Origin: Nitrospinales bacterium
GTDB lineage: Bacteria > Nitrospinota > Nitrospinia > Nitrospinales > VA-1
Direction of reading: 5' to 3'
Length of the DNA stretch: 64,000 nucleotides
Assembly (NCBI GenBank): GCA_965205835.1
Contig: OZ242182.1
Coordinates: forward strand, 1,852,226-1,916,225
The translations under genes and the position numbers were made by a program. The notes beneath the pieces are model-generated. The model was not told the DNA's origin and ran no database searches. It saw only the letters and a program-made list of their open reading frames with translations. Shown piece after piece: positions 19,948 through 30,371 of this stretch (position 1 is its first letter; the number at the start of each line of letters is the position of its first letter).

Positions 19948-20158
19948 TTCAAGTCAAGGGTTTACGGAAAAAATATTATAGCTGGCCCGGGATGACAGCC
20001 TCCCACCAAGCGTTCATCCCACCGAAAATCCCGGTGATGTGTGAAAGCCTTCCAGAGCACATCATCAAATCGGCGGAGAACCTCCGCAAATAACAGGTCA
20101 CATTCCCGTCTTGGCCTCAATAATTGCCCCCGACTACCCCGTCTGAGTCTACTGATGT

Positions 20159-21169
20159 CTAATCCCTGTAGGCGACTCCATGGGTTTCACCATCGGTATC
20201 GACTTTCATCGTGAGACTGAGGTCACTGGCGGAGACGATGGCCAGTTTATTTTCATCGCGAATGGCAACGTAGATCGTTTTCCCATCTGAGCCAATGGCT
20301 ATCATATCCGGACGTTGCCCCAGTGACGTGGTTTTAGTGATCTTGCGGCTGGCCGTGTCGATCATGGCAATCTGGCCCAGCTTTCGTTGCCCAACGTAGA
20401 CAGTTTTCCCATCCGGACTGTGGACCAGCCCGTGCGGTTCTCCCGGCACATCAATGGAAGCTTCCAACGCGCCAGTGCGTGAGTTCAACAATAATAATTT
20501 ATTATCCGCCGGAGCGGTGAGCCAGAACTGACCCCAGTTTTTGGTCGGTTTTATGGCCATGGCACCTTTGGCACCTTGCCGGGTTTCGGTGACTTTTTTG
20601 GACTTCACATCCACCACCGAAATATTCGCGGCCCCAGCGTTGACCACATACAACGTGTTTCCATCGGGAGAGAACACAGCAGTGATAGCTTTCTTACCCG
20701 TCGCCATGGTGTGAACGGCCTTCTTTGAGGCGACATCGATGAAGGTGATGTTGCCCGCCCCCACGTTGCAGGAGACGGCAGTCTTGCCATCGGGTGAAAC
20801 GGCAACATCGTGAGCCTTGGTGTCTGTCACGATATCGGCCAAAACCTCTTTCGACACCGCGTCTATGACAGTGATGCTGTTGGTACCCAGGTTAGCGATG
20901 TAGGCCAGCTTGCCATCCGGACTGAAAGTAACATTATGTGCCCCGGCACCTGTGGCTATGGTTTTGATGACTTTGTTGGAACTGGTATCTATGATCTGAA
21001 CATTAGCGCCTTTCATGTTGGCAACCCACACTTCACCCGCCATACTCGACACCGCTGCCATAAGGAATAGAACCGTAAAAATGGCGACCCCTAACCACGA
21101 CTGTCGTCTTTGCTGAAATATGCTTTTAAATTTCCCGCAGATAGGATAGATTTTTTTATCTCCGCACAT
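20159..21169 (-). CDS. YncE/YVTN-type seven-bladed beta-propeller repeat protein (secreted)
   Basis: Repeated blades carry the pattern ...H.V.FSPDGK.AYV.N.G...I.VID. Start set at the internal ATG (MCGDKK...) before the TM/signal segment; the track ORF extends to 21268. Confidence 0.7.
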   Translation of the reverse strand: MCGDKKIYPICGKFKSIFQQRRQSWLGVAIFTVLFLMAAVSSMAGEVWVANMKGANVQIIDTSSNKVIKTIATGAGAHNVTFSPDGKLAYIANLGTNSITVIDAVSKEVLADIVTDTKAHDVAVSPDGKTAVSCNVGAGNITFIDVASKKAVHTMATGKKAITAVFSPDGNTLYVVNAGAANISVVDVKSKKVTETRQGAKGAMAIKPTKNWGQFWLTAPADNKLLLLNSRTGALEASIDVPGEPHGLVHSPDGKTVYVGQRKLGQIAMIDTASRKITKTTSLGQRPDMIAIGSDGKTIYVAIRDENKLAIVSASDLSLTMKVDTDGETHGVAYRD

Positions 21170-21426
21170 ATTTGCCTCCAGAGAAAATAGATGGTGGATG
21201 AATCGCGTAACATTTCTGTTGCGCTTAAAACTGTATTGAACACCTTTATAGTTAGAGTTGCAAGGCAAGAAACAGATTCAAGCCCTCTGATAAAGTTTTT
21301 GGAGAGTTAAGTGTCACTTTATTGATTTTATTGGGGAAAAAGGTTCTTCATACGCTCAAACCGTGTGGGTAGCTTGACGGGCAATTTCCCACTTCCTCAC
21401 CAATTTGGCTACCTGCGGCTCACCGG

Positions 21427-22149
21427 TTAGTGCGTGTTCAGGTTCTGGCCGCCTCTTAATTTGTTAAGGACAGCGGTAATATGGTCGTAGCCCATCTGGT
21501 TTTCGAGGGCGGAAAAGGTATCGCGGGCGCGGGTATACCAAAGGATGGCTTCGGGAATATTTTCTTCCTTCTTCCAGTAGATGCGCCCCATATTCTCGAA
21601 CAGGACCGCCTGAACCTGGTGCGGGGGAACATCTTGCACCAGTGCCACGCCTTTTTTATACCAGTCCCCTGCCGGAGCATACTCGCCGCGCTCCATGAAC
21701 AAGTCACCAGCACGGTTCATAGCCCGGGCCTCACCCAATGGATTATTAATTTTATGGTGGTAGTTCATGGCGAGGATGTATTGCGCCTCGGCTTCCTGAA
21801 TTCTCGCACGAAACTTATACAGATCGCCCAAGGACTCATAAACCTTCGCGGCTTTTTTCAGCCGACTATCTTTTTCATAGGCGATGATGGCCTTGCCATA
21901 ATTCTCGATGGCGTGGTCAAACTCGTGGTAGAAAAAATCTTCCGATGCCTGTTGCAGGTATCGCCCAGCCTTATCTTTGGCATCTATCGGGGTGGTGATG
22001 GAGACAACCTCATCTCTTTGCTTTTTCCCATGCGGCAGGAACCAAACGGCAAACCCCATCGCCAACGTCACCACAATAATGAGAAAGTATCTCAGCACTG
22101 GCTTGAGGAAAGAGTTCACTAAAGATACCTGACGATAATGGGGAAGCAA
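21427..22149 (-). CDS. TPR-repeat protein with an N-terminal membrane anchor
   Basis: 240 aa with one TM segment followed by TPR-like repeats (A..Y..A...Y pattern). The start codon is uncertain (non-ATG in the track). Confidence 0.6.
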   Translation of the reverse strand: MLPHYRQVSLVNSFLKPVLRYFLIIVVTLAMGFAVWFLPHGKKQRDEVVSITTPIDAKDKAGRYLQQASEDFFYHEFDHAIENYGKAIIAYEKDSRLKKAAKVYESLGDLYKFRARIQEAEAQYILAMNYHHKINNPLGEARAMNRAGDLFMERGEYAPAGDWYKKGVALVQDVPPHQVQAVLFENMGRIYWKKEENIPEAILWYTRARDTFSALENQMGYDHITAVLNKLRGGQNLNTH

Positions 22150-22643
22150 CTTTCATCAGCTTAACATGAAACAGGGCCATCCACCAAGCGTGCGGCTGTG
22201 ATGTCCCCCTCAATAACTTTCATGCCCCCGCAAAGGGATACAGGGTACAATGAGCGATGTCTTGGATAGGCAGGTGCCTTGTCGACCTGGTTTATGGTAT
22301 TGCTACTCACCAGGCCCCTGCTATGGGTTGCAGAATAACTTCATGAATTTCTTTGTCAAAGGTTTCGGCGTTGGCCTTGAAATATAAGGAAAGTGTTGGT
22401 AACGCGATATTCCCAGAGGGTTAACAGGTGATTTATCATTGTTTTTTGGACTACTTTGGTGATCTATTTTGACTATTGGAGATTGCGCCGGTCGAGTATA
22501 GAATACATCCGCCTTTCATCCGGAGTGTTGTTCTGGAAACTTCCAGCTTGTTTGGAGGGCCGTCGCAACCGAAAACAATCGACTCGCTTTTCTGAAAGAT
22601 GTCCTGTCCCGAAACCAACCTCCACTAGAGTAGGGTTCCTTTC

Positions 22644-25139
22644 TTGTTGAATTTATTAGCCAGTAGCTATCGGAAATGGGTGATCGAAAAACCCCTTGCC
22701 AGCCTGATGATGGTTTTGCTGGTTGTCGGTGGTTTTTCCTATTACATTCCGAACTTCAAACTCGATGCTTCCGCCGAATCTCTGGTTCTGGAAAATGATA
22801 ATTCCCTGCGATATTACAGGGCGATCAGCAAATCCTACGGCTCCGATGATTTTCTGATCATGACTTACGCTCCGTTCCAGGACCTGATGTCCGATGCGGT
22901 ACTGGCAGATTTAAAATTGTTGAGCAATGAGCTTACCGATCTCGACCGAGTGCACTCTGTAGACAGCATCCTTAATGTTCCCCTGCTGAACAGTCCGCGT
23001 GTTGAAATCTCCAAGCTCGATACGGATATCCGCACTCTGGAAACTGTCGGCGTAGACCGGGAAATGGCCCGCAAGGAGTTTCTCGAAAGCCCTATTTATA
23101 AAAACCTGTTGATGAGTCCGGATGGGAAGATCACAATCATCCGGGTCAACTTCAAGCGTGATGAAAAATATTTTTCACTGATGTATCGGCGCAATGACCT
23201 GCGCGACAAAAAAAAGGGGTTCGGCCTTGGCAGGGAAGAAGAAGCCTTATTCGTCAAAGCCCGTCAGGAGTTTCGCGATTATCACGCCCATGTGCTGGAT
23301 AGTGAAGACCGACTCATAAGAGCCGTTCGGGAAATCATGGACAGGCACCGCGATCAGGCAGAGATGTTCCTCGGCGGGGTTCCTATGATCACGTCTGACA
23401 TGGTCAGTTTTATCAAGCACGATCTGAAAACATTCGGGTTGGGGGTGCTGGCTTTTCTTGTTCTGATGCTCAGCCTGTTCTTTAAAAAATTCCGCTGGGT
23501 GGCCCTGCCTATGAGTTGTTGCGTCATCACCGTGCTGGTGATGGTAGGCTTTTTAGGGTTAATGGATTGGCGGGTGACGGTAATCTCATCCAATTTCGTT
23601 TCGATTCTGCTTATCATCACCATGTCCCTGACCATCCATTTGATCGTGCGTTACCGGGGCATCAACGACAGCAACCCGGGCCAAAGCCAGAGGGAACTGG
23701 TCTGGCAGACAGTCTGTCTCATGGCCCAGCCCTGTTTTTATACCGCCATCACCACGATCGTCGCGTTCATCTCTCTCCTTATCAGCGGCATTCGCCCAGT
23801 GATTGATTTTGGCTGGATCATGACCATAGGTATCGGCCTGGCGTTCGTGTTGAATTTTATCTTTTTTCCTGCGGCACTGGTTTTATTGCCACCGGAGCCT
23901 CCCGGTTTCGCCAAAGACAGCACCCGCGACTTCACCCTCGCCATTGCCGCGTTCACCAACCGCTACCGCAAAACCATCTTATATGGCTCACTACTTCTGG
24001 CTGTGGTTAGCGCTATCGGGATTTCTAAACTGGAGGTGGAAAACCGTTTCATCGACCATTTTAAAAGCAACACCGAAATCTATCAGGGCATGGAAGTGAT
24101 CGACCGGCAGTTGGGAGGCACCACGCCGCTCGACATTGTTATGAATCCGGACCAGAAGTATTTTGATTATCTAAAAGAAGCCAACGCGAAAGATGAGGAG
24201 GAAGCTTTTGATGATCCTTTCGCTGAGGCATCGGAAGAAGTAGAGAACAATTATTGGTTCAACTCCAATATGCTTGACCGGGTAGAAAATATTCATGACT
24301 ATCTGGAAAGCCTGCCGGAAGTAGGCAAAGTCCAGTCCATATCCACTCTGATCAAAGTCTTCACGCAACTGGACAAAGGTAGGAAACCAGACGATTATGA
24401 TCTGGTGCTGATCCGCAAACTCATGCCTGGTAATGTTAAAGATTCGCTGGTCAGCCCTTACCTGTCTCCAGACGCAAACCAGATTCATATCAGTGCAAGA
24501 TTGGTCGAATCTGACCCCGCCCTGAGACGTTCTCAGATGGTAGAAAAAATCCGCACCCATCTTGTTGAAGAACTAAAATTCGACCCTAGGACCATCCATT
24601 TCACCGGGATGGCGGTGCTTTATAACAATATGTTGCAGAGCCTGTACCAGTCGCAGATTCACACCATCGGAACAGTTTTTGTAGCCATCATGTTCATGTT
24701 CATGATTTTGTTCCGAAGTGTGTCGTTGGCATTGATCGGCATCATCCCCAACCTGCTTGCGGCGGGAACAGTATTGAGCCTCATGGGATGGATGGGAATC
24801 CCGCTGGATATGATGACCATCACCATAGCCGCCATCACGGTGGGGATTGCGGTGGACGATACCATTCATTACATCCACCGTTTTGAAACGGAGTTTAAAG
24901 TGGACCAGAATTATCTGGCCGCGGTGGACCGTTGTCACGGGAGCATCGGCAAAGCCATGTACTACACATCCGTGACCGTTGCTCTTGGTTTTTCTATCCT
25001 GGCACTTTCGGAATTCATGCCCACTATCTATTTTGGCCTGCTGACCGGCGCGGCTATGGTGATTGCCCTGATCAGCGCTCTCACCCTGCTACCACTTTTG
25101 ATTGTTATCTTCCACCCCCTTGGCAGAGGAGGCAGCTAG
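22644..25139 (+). CDS. RND-superfamily exporter, MMPL/HpnN-like (two 6-TM sterol-sensing-type bundles)
   Basis: 831 aa with two hydrophobic blocks separated by large soluble loops, consistent with the MMPL/SSD pattern. Confidence 0.75.
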   Translation: MLNLLASSYRKWVIEKPLASLMMVLLVVGGFSYYIPNFKLDASAESLVLENDNSLRYYRAISKSYGSDDFLIMTYAPFQDLMSDAVLADLKLLSNELTDLDRVHSVDSILNVPLLNSPRVEISKLDTDIRTLETVGVDREMARKEFLESPIYKNLLMSPDGKITIIRVNFKRDEKYFSLMYRRNDLRDKKKGFGLGREEEALFVKARQEFRDYHAHVLDSEDRLIRAVREIMDRHRDQAEMFLGGVPMITSDMVSFIKHDLKTFGLGVLAFLVLMLSLFFKKFRWVALPMSCCVITVLVMVGFLGLMDWRVTVISSNFVSILLIITMSLTIHLIVRYRGINDSNPGQSQRELVWQTVCLMAQPCFYTAITTIVAFISLLISGIRPVIDFGWIMTIGIGLAFVLNFIFFPAALVLLPPEPPGFAKDSTRDFTLAIAAFTNRYRKTILYGSLLLAVVSAIGISKLEVENRFIDHFKSNTEIYQGMEVIDRQLGGTTPLDIVMNPDQKYFDYLKEANAKDEEEAFDDPFAEASEEVENNYWFNSNMLDRVENIHDYLESLPEVGKVQSISTLIKVFTQLDKGRKPDDYDLVLIRKLMPGNVKDSLVSPYLSPDANQIHISARLVESDPALRRSQMVEKIRTHLVEELKFDPRTIHFTGMAVLYNNMLQSLYQSQIHTIGTVFVAIMFMFMILFRSVSLALIGIIPNLLAAGTVLSLMGWMGIPLDMMTITIAAITVGIAVDDTIHYIHRFETEFKVDQNYLAAVDRCHGSIGKAMYYTSVTVALGFSILALSEFMPTIYFGLLTGAAMVIALISALTLLPLLIVIFHPLGRGGS

Positions 25140-25165
25140 CAGTAACCCTGCCTGCCAACCAATGA

Positions 25166-25203
25166 CGCACTGAGCACTCTTTGCCAGCGGTAAAGAGCTA
25201 TTG
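25166..25203 (+). repeat. 38-nt dispersed repeat, copy 1
   Basis: gcactgagcactctttgccagcggtaaagagctattgc aligns with copies at 27408, 35772(-), 37033(-) and 49681. Confidence 0.75.
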
Positions 25204-25591
25204 CCTTATGTACCTCTGGCATGAAATTCATAGAAAGGAATATCACAAGTCCAGCGTTGCGTGTGGTGCCCCATCATTTGCCCTCATGCCTCGGAGAGGT
25301 AAAAAGAGCGTGGCGATCCAGATTCTGGATTGCTTCACTACGTTCGCAATGACGATACAAGCTGAGGAACAAGGTGACGAAGACGTTATATCCTCCTCCT
25401 TAAAAAACTTCTTGCCCGGAACGGGTAAAAGGTGTACTACTGCGAGGTTTGTACTGTGCTATTAGGTGAAAAACAAGCCAAACTAGTTATTTTTTACCCC
25501 TTTGCCAATAAGATTTCGGTGATAACTTAGAGGAGGGTGGTTCTTACTGGACTTATATGAAATTGAGAGTTTTGTAAGATCAGGGGGAGCG

Positions 25592-26179
25592 TTGCTTGGG
25601 GAAACATTACATAAGTACTGGCCAAGTAGGGAACACGAAGGAATAAGGGAAAGAAATATGACATTTCATTTGGCTTCAATATTCTTAAAAAATGATTTTT
25701 CTGTAATTGCTGAGCATAAATTTGGTAAAAACGATGAATCTTTGGATATGCTAGCCCTTGATTATCGTAGCAAGCTCCAAGTGAGAATTGAAGCTAAACA
25801 ACTAAGGGGGGATATTTCTGTAATAGAGCATGATTTGGGTAAGATAGAACGATTCACCCTTATTAAAAAAGAAGACAATGACTACTATAGCAATAAAGTC
25901 GGAGTGATTATTGCTTCATGTTGGAGACCAGAAATTTCATTATTATGGATGGACCCAACAAATAGCAACGGTGAAAAGTATAAAAACAATGGAAAAAATA
26001 CCATAACCTATCTTGAAGAAGCGAAGAAGCAACGCGATAATATTGACCCTAATTTTGTCTCTGGAATATATACCCTTTCCCATGATGAAGCAGAAAATGA
26101 AACAGGCTACAGCAGAACGCACTCAATACTTTATTTAATTTATAAATTATACGCGACTAAACTCATTAACAAAGATTAA
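25592..26179 (+). CDS. Hypothetical protein with a PD-(D/E)xK-nuclease-like motif
   Basis: AT-rich ORF containing E41...D52(LDMLALD)...E67-A-K69 (RIEAKQL). An alternative ATG start at about 25658 has a better RBS. Confidence 0.5.
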   Translation: MLGETLHKYWPSREHEGIRERNMTFHLASIFLKNDFSVIAEHKFGKNDESLDMLALDYRSKLQVRIEAKQLRGDISVIEHDLGKIERFTLIKKEDNDYYSNKVGVIIASCWRPEISLLWMDPTNSNGEKYKNNGKNTITYLEEAKKQRDNIDPNFVSGIYTLSHDEAENETGYSRTHSILYLIYKLYATKLINKD

Positions 26180-26216
26180 AGGGTTAATGAGATTATCAAT
26201 TCTTTTAAGGGGTCTA

Positions 26217-27270
26217 TTACTCCTTTATTCTCTGCACATAATAGGTTCCGCGTCCTTTGCTTTTGGTTTCGATGAGGCCTGAATCGAGCAGTTTTTCAAA
26301 ATCCAGTTTGCGGGAAGCGAGGCTACGGGAGGAAATAGCTCCGTATTCGCGTTGCGTGATACTGTCATGCTTGCTGATGTAGTCCAGAATTCGATGATGG
26401 TGCGGTTCCAAACGCGGCTGGGGTTTCAGGCTTTCAGGCAGTACTTTCTGTACCCGCCGCAATTCATCCAAAATACCGTCTGCAAAATATTCCAGCCACT
26501 TGGTAAAATCTATCGCTCCTTTTAATTCGTAATAATCGCCCTGAAGCCCGACAGCTTTAAAATAACGCATGATGTTCTGATTATAATAATTTTCAAAACT
26601 GAAAACCCCGAACAGGTCAAGACCGGCCCTGCCCATGATCGCGGTGGTCAAAAGCCGGGTGGTGCGCCCATTTCCATCCATAAAGGGATGGATGATGACA
26701 CACTGCTGATGAAACAGCCCTGCCAAAATTACAGGATCAATCTTACCTGACTTTTTATTGATGAAGTCTATTAGACCAGAAGTCAATGCCCGGACATCTT
26801 TTGCATCCGGCGGCATGAAAACAATTTCATCCGGTTTGCGTGGATTGCGGATGATAAAGGGCGTTTTCCGCAAATGACCGCAGTCAGCAGGATTATCCAT
26901 CAAGCCGCTAACAACCTGGGCCTGTACTTTTTCAAGTGTTGCAATATTCAACTTGAATGTTTTCGACTTCATCACCTTGTAAAGCTTCTGCAGGGCTTGG
27001 TTATAGTTGAGCACTTCGCGTTCCGTATCGCGGATGTGGGGAGGTTTGGTTTTCAGTAGACGTTTGACATCAGTGAGGGGTAGCGGATTGCCTTCAATAC
27101 TGGTCGAGGCATAAGAAGATAGTTCTCTGGCGTTTACTTCCAGCTTTGCTTGCCAGTGCTTTGTCCGTGAGATTAAAGCTTTTAATTTCACCAACCGCTT
27201 CGCCTATCTCGTGGATTGTAAGCAGAAGTTTGTCAGTAATCGTATATTGCGGTGACCAGACCATAACCAT
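26217..27270 (-). CDS. Fic-family protein (AMPylase-type HPFxDGNGR core plus C-terminal wHTH), with an apparent 1-nt frameshift near 27190
   Basis: Contains HPFMDGNGRTTR. Track ORF 26217..27194 starts at a non-ATG codon just after the expected Fic_N segment. The missing N-terminus (MVMVWSPQYTITDKLLLTIHEIGEAVGEIK) is encoded in another frame from ATG at about 27270, with the junction at an A-run. Confidence 0.75.
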
Positions 27271-27273
27271 AAG

Positions 27274-27357
27274 TTAGCCTTAAATTAGTCAAAAAGTAAC
27301 GGCTAAAATCACACTTGGCTAATAAATGACTAGCCGCAATATAGCCATAATTTAGCC
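27274..27357. promoter_or_regulatory. Array of six TAGCC/GGCTA(A) hexamer sites immediately upstream of fic
   Basis: TTAGCC at 27274, GGCTAA at 27301, GGCTAA at 27317, TAGCC at 27331, TAGCC at 27342, TTAGCC at 27352, all within 84 bp of AT-rich DNA. Confidence 0.4.
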
Positions 27358-27407
27358 GATTAACCCATCCTCGCGGCAGGGGAGCAACGAGCAATAACCC
27401 CTCACAA

Positions 27408-27444
27408 GCCGAGACAAACATTTCTAGCAAATAAAAGCTATTGC
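27408..27444 (+). repeat. 38-nt dispersed repeat, copy 2 (overlaps the stop codon of the GHMP kinase gene)
   Basis: gccgagacaaacatttctagcaaataaaagctattgc. Confidence 0.75.
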
Positions 27445-28445
27445 TCGCTGGCCCTCACGTCCAGTGGGCGAGAGACGAAACGGAAAGGAAGCACCTGGGT
27501 TCCCTTTGAGGCGAGTTCTTCCATTATGGATTGCTTTTTAGCCGGTGGCACAATGAAGGCTATACACCCGCCGCCACCCGCACCGCAAACCTTGCCCGCC
27601 AACGCTCCCATTTTCAGGGCCGAGCGGATCAGCCGGTCCATCTCGGGAGTGGTGATGTTGGGAGCCAACTGTTTTCGGGCTTTCCATTCCCTTGCAAAAA
27701 TCGGTGCCAGACTTTTAAGTTGGCCCCGGCTCAATGCTCGTTCCATTTCCACAGCGCAATCGCAAATGGATTTCAGGTGACGGATCACTGCCCGGTTTCC
27801 ATCCACCGCTTTTTTTGTGACCTCCCAATTATTGATCCCCGAGTTTCGTGGTTTGCCGGTATAGCACAGCACAAAATGCCGAGTCAGCTCAGCAGGGCCG
27901 ATAGCAAGCTTTTTGGTCTCGGTGCCTTGGACCCCGGGAACAACTTTTCGCACCCCTCCATACATTGCTGAAAAATAATCCTGGCATCCTGCGGGAACCT
28001 TTATGACCTGGGTCTCGATATTTTTGGCGATTTCAATCATCTCGGCCCTACGGTAACGTCGGCCGGTAAAACAGTTGAGTGCCCCGTGCAGAGCAACGCT
28101 CAAAGCTGAAGAACCACCAATGCCCGAGCCTTGCGGAGCCTGACAGTCTGTCGATATTTCCAGTCCCGATTTTGGCGCGTAGAACTTCAACGTGCGTACA
28201 ATAAGTTCCAAGGGGTGATTTTCAGGGAGTGCCTCCAGTGAGGGAAAGTTGTCGCTCAAACCCAAGTCGCATGAGTTCAGGAAAATCCGTTTGTCTTTTC
28301 GGGAAATGATTTCAACCGTGGCATAAAGATCAATCGCCGCGTTGAGGGTAGGGGGGTTACCAAAAAACAGGTGCAAAGGCCATATATCGAGTGTGCCCCC
28401 AGCCAGATCAATGCGGGTGGGGGCAGAGCTTTTAATGCGGAGCAC
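27438..28445 (-). CDS. GHMP-family sugar kinase (COG2605-like; heptose-7-phosphate/fucose kinase type)
   Basis: 335 aa with the GHMP motif II PQGSGIGGSSALSVAL and the C-terminal GAGGGG motif. Confidence 0.75.
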   Translation of the reverse strand: MLRIKSSAPTRIDLAGGTLDIWPLHLFFGNPPTLNAAIDLYATVEIISRKDKRIFLNSCDLGLSDNFPSLEALPENHPLELIVRTLKFYAPKSGLEISTDCQAPQGSGIGGSSALSVALHGALNCFTGRRYRRAEMIEIAKNIETQVIKVPAGCQDYFSAMYGGVRKVVPGVQGTETKKLAIGPAELTRHFVLCYTGKPRNSGINNWEVTKKAVDGNRAVIRHLKSICDCAVEMERALSRGQLKSLAPIFAREWKARKQLAPNITTPEMDRLIRSALKMGALAGKVCGAGGGGCIAFIVPPAKKQSIMEELASKGTQVLPFRFVSRPLDVRASEQ

Positions 28446-28459
28446 CTGACCCAGGTCTC

Positions 28460-29089
28460 TCAGAGGTTTTCTGAGTCTATATTTTGTCTAGCTTCAAGTT
28501 CGTCGATCTTTTTGCTCAGTTTACTGACCAGAGCCGCGTAGGATTCGGTACTGATTATTTTAGAGAACTGAGACCTATAATTACGAATCAGGCTAACCCC
28601 TTCTATTACAAAGTCATAGACCAGCCATTCGCCATTACTCTTGAGCATTTTGTAATCAACATCAACCACACCATCCTTGCGGACAATCTGGGTTCTGACC
28701 ATGGCATATTTCCCCTTAACCTTTTCGTCCACATAACTAATGGTCTCATTCCGATAATTCTCAATTTTGCTGGCGTAAGAGTTTTCAAGTAACTTTTTAA
28801 AAAGCCTGGTGAACTCTTTGCGCTCCGTATCGCTCCGGTCGTTATAATTCTTGGCCAGAGAGCGCATCACCATCTGCTTGTAATTGAAACGCAAGCTAAT
28901 CACCTGGCGCAGTTTTTCCCTTCTTAAGACCGGGTCTCTGTTAAGGTTTTCATCAGAAACAATCTCCAGAACCTGGTCAATGGTTTCCTTCACGTCCGCA
29001 GTAACCTGTGACCCCGCAAACACCTGCCCGGAACCCAAAAGCAAAAAAACCGCAATCAACGAATAAACCCAAGCATATTTTCTGTTCAT
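28460..29089 (-). CDS. mlaC: MlaC/Ttg2D-family periplasmic phospholipid-binding protein
   Basis: Start at the internal ATG (MNRKYAW...) with a signal peptide. Contains the conserved W.VYDF.IEGVSL..NYRSQF block. Confidence 0.7.
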   Translation of the reverse strand: MNRKYAWVYSLIAVFLLLGSGQVFAGSQVTADVKETIDQVLEIVSDENLNRDPVLRREKLRQVISLRFNYKQMVMRSLAKNYNDRSDTERKEFTRLFKKLLENSYASKIENYRNETISYVDEKVKGKYAMVRTQIVRKDGVVDVDYKMLKSNGEWLVYDFVIEGVSLIRNYRSQFSKIISTESYAALVSKLSKKIDELEARQNIDSENL

Positions 29090-29409
29090 CAAAAAAATCC
29101 TCACAGTTAGTTTCACTCCACTGTTTTGAGCGACTCTAACAAATATGGCATTTCGAATCAAGCACCCAGCCATCCCTCATCAAGATAATTTCTCACTTAT
29201 CTTAACCCAAGAAAATGTCGATAAATTATAGGAGGCTCAGGCCCACTATCACCCGTCGAAATGCTGGCCGGAGGAGGAAAACCCTCTGGATCATAACTTA
29301 TTTAAATTTAAACAAATTCTTTAAGATATTGACAAGTCTTGCAGGGTTTCATATAGTGGACATATCTCTAAATAGCTAAATAATCAATAATTTAAGCGGG
29401 TATCCCATC

Positions 29410-30369
29410 GTGAGTCATTACCGTGTTCCCCAATCCCTGAAACTATCCCTTGTGCTTTTGGGACTCCTGTTTGCCGGATGTGGCACCGTTGACCTGGAAA
29501 TTCGCCACGGCGGCACAAATACGAGCTTGCAACCTCGATCGGTAGCCATTTTGCCTTTCACCCTTGAAGAGTCAGCTCATGAAAAAGTTGCCCCTCACGA
29601 CCTGTTCCGAGACTGCTTTTACAATTATTTCAGTTTTCTCGGTTATGTGGACCTACCCTTAGAAACCATTGATCAAAAATTACAACAGGCTGGCTTGACT
29701 GACAATAAAAAGATTTTAGAGTTGAGTCCTGAAAAGCTTCGGGAAATCCTGGGCGTTGACGCGGTGATTCGTGGCCGTGTTCTATCCGCCAGCAATTTTA
29801 CCGGCGGCATTCATGCGGAAACCTCCCTCAAAGCAAAAATTGACATGCTTGACCTGAGAACAGGAGGTGTTCTCTGGGAAACTGAACATAAGGAAATGAC
29901 CTACTCAGGAATCCTTTCCCCAACGATTATCGAGATCATCCAGAGTCAAATGGACAACGCAAAAATAAACCAGGCCTACTTCAAAACAGCGGAAATGTTT
30001 TCGATCAACATGATGAAGGAAATTCCCGACCCTGCTGACAGCTGGAAAGAGGAAATTCACCTGCCAAAGATCACCAACATTGAAACCAATTTGAAGCCAA
30101 ACCTGAAACTGAAACCCAATGACCGGATCCATGTGAACCTGAAAGGCGACCCGGGGCTGACCGGGTACTTCGGTATTGGAAGCTGGAAATCAGATATACC
30201 TTTAAAAGAAATCGCGCCTGGACTCTACACCGGAAGCTACACCATCAAAGCCTCTGATGATGTGAGCAGTTCTTTGATAATCGGCACTCTGAAAAACAAA
30301 AACGGCCTCACCGGGAAAAGGTTTTACAAAGACAGCATGGCCCGGTTTGATCGTTCATCCAAATACTAA
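29410..30369 (+). CDS. Lipoprotein, LpoB/GNA1162-like N-domain (tentative) plus extra C-terminal domain
   Basis: Lipobox LFAGCG, with VAILPF...GVDAVIRGRV pattern. Paralogous to the next gene. Confidence 0.55.
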   Translation: MSHYRVPQSLKLSLVLLGLLFAGCGTVDLEIRHGGTNTSLQPRSVAILPFTLEESAHEKVAPHDLFRDCFYNYFSFLGYVDLPLETIDQKLQQAGLTDNKKILELSPEKLREILGVDAVIRGRVLSASNFTGGIHAETSLKAKIDMLDLRTGGVLWETEHKEMTYSGILSPTIIEIIQSQMDNAKINQAYFKTAEMFSINMMKEIPDPADSWKEEIHLPKITNIETNLKPNLKLKPNDRIHVNLKGDPGLTGYFGIGSWKSDIPLKEIAPGLYTGSYTIKASDDVSSSLIIGTLKNKNGLTGKRFYKDSMARFDRSSKY

Positions 30370-30371
30370 CT

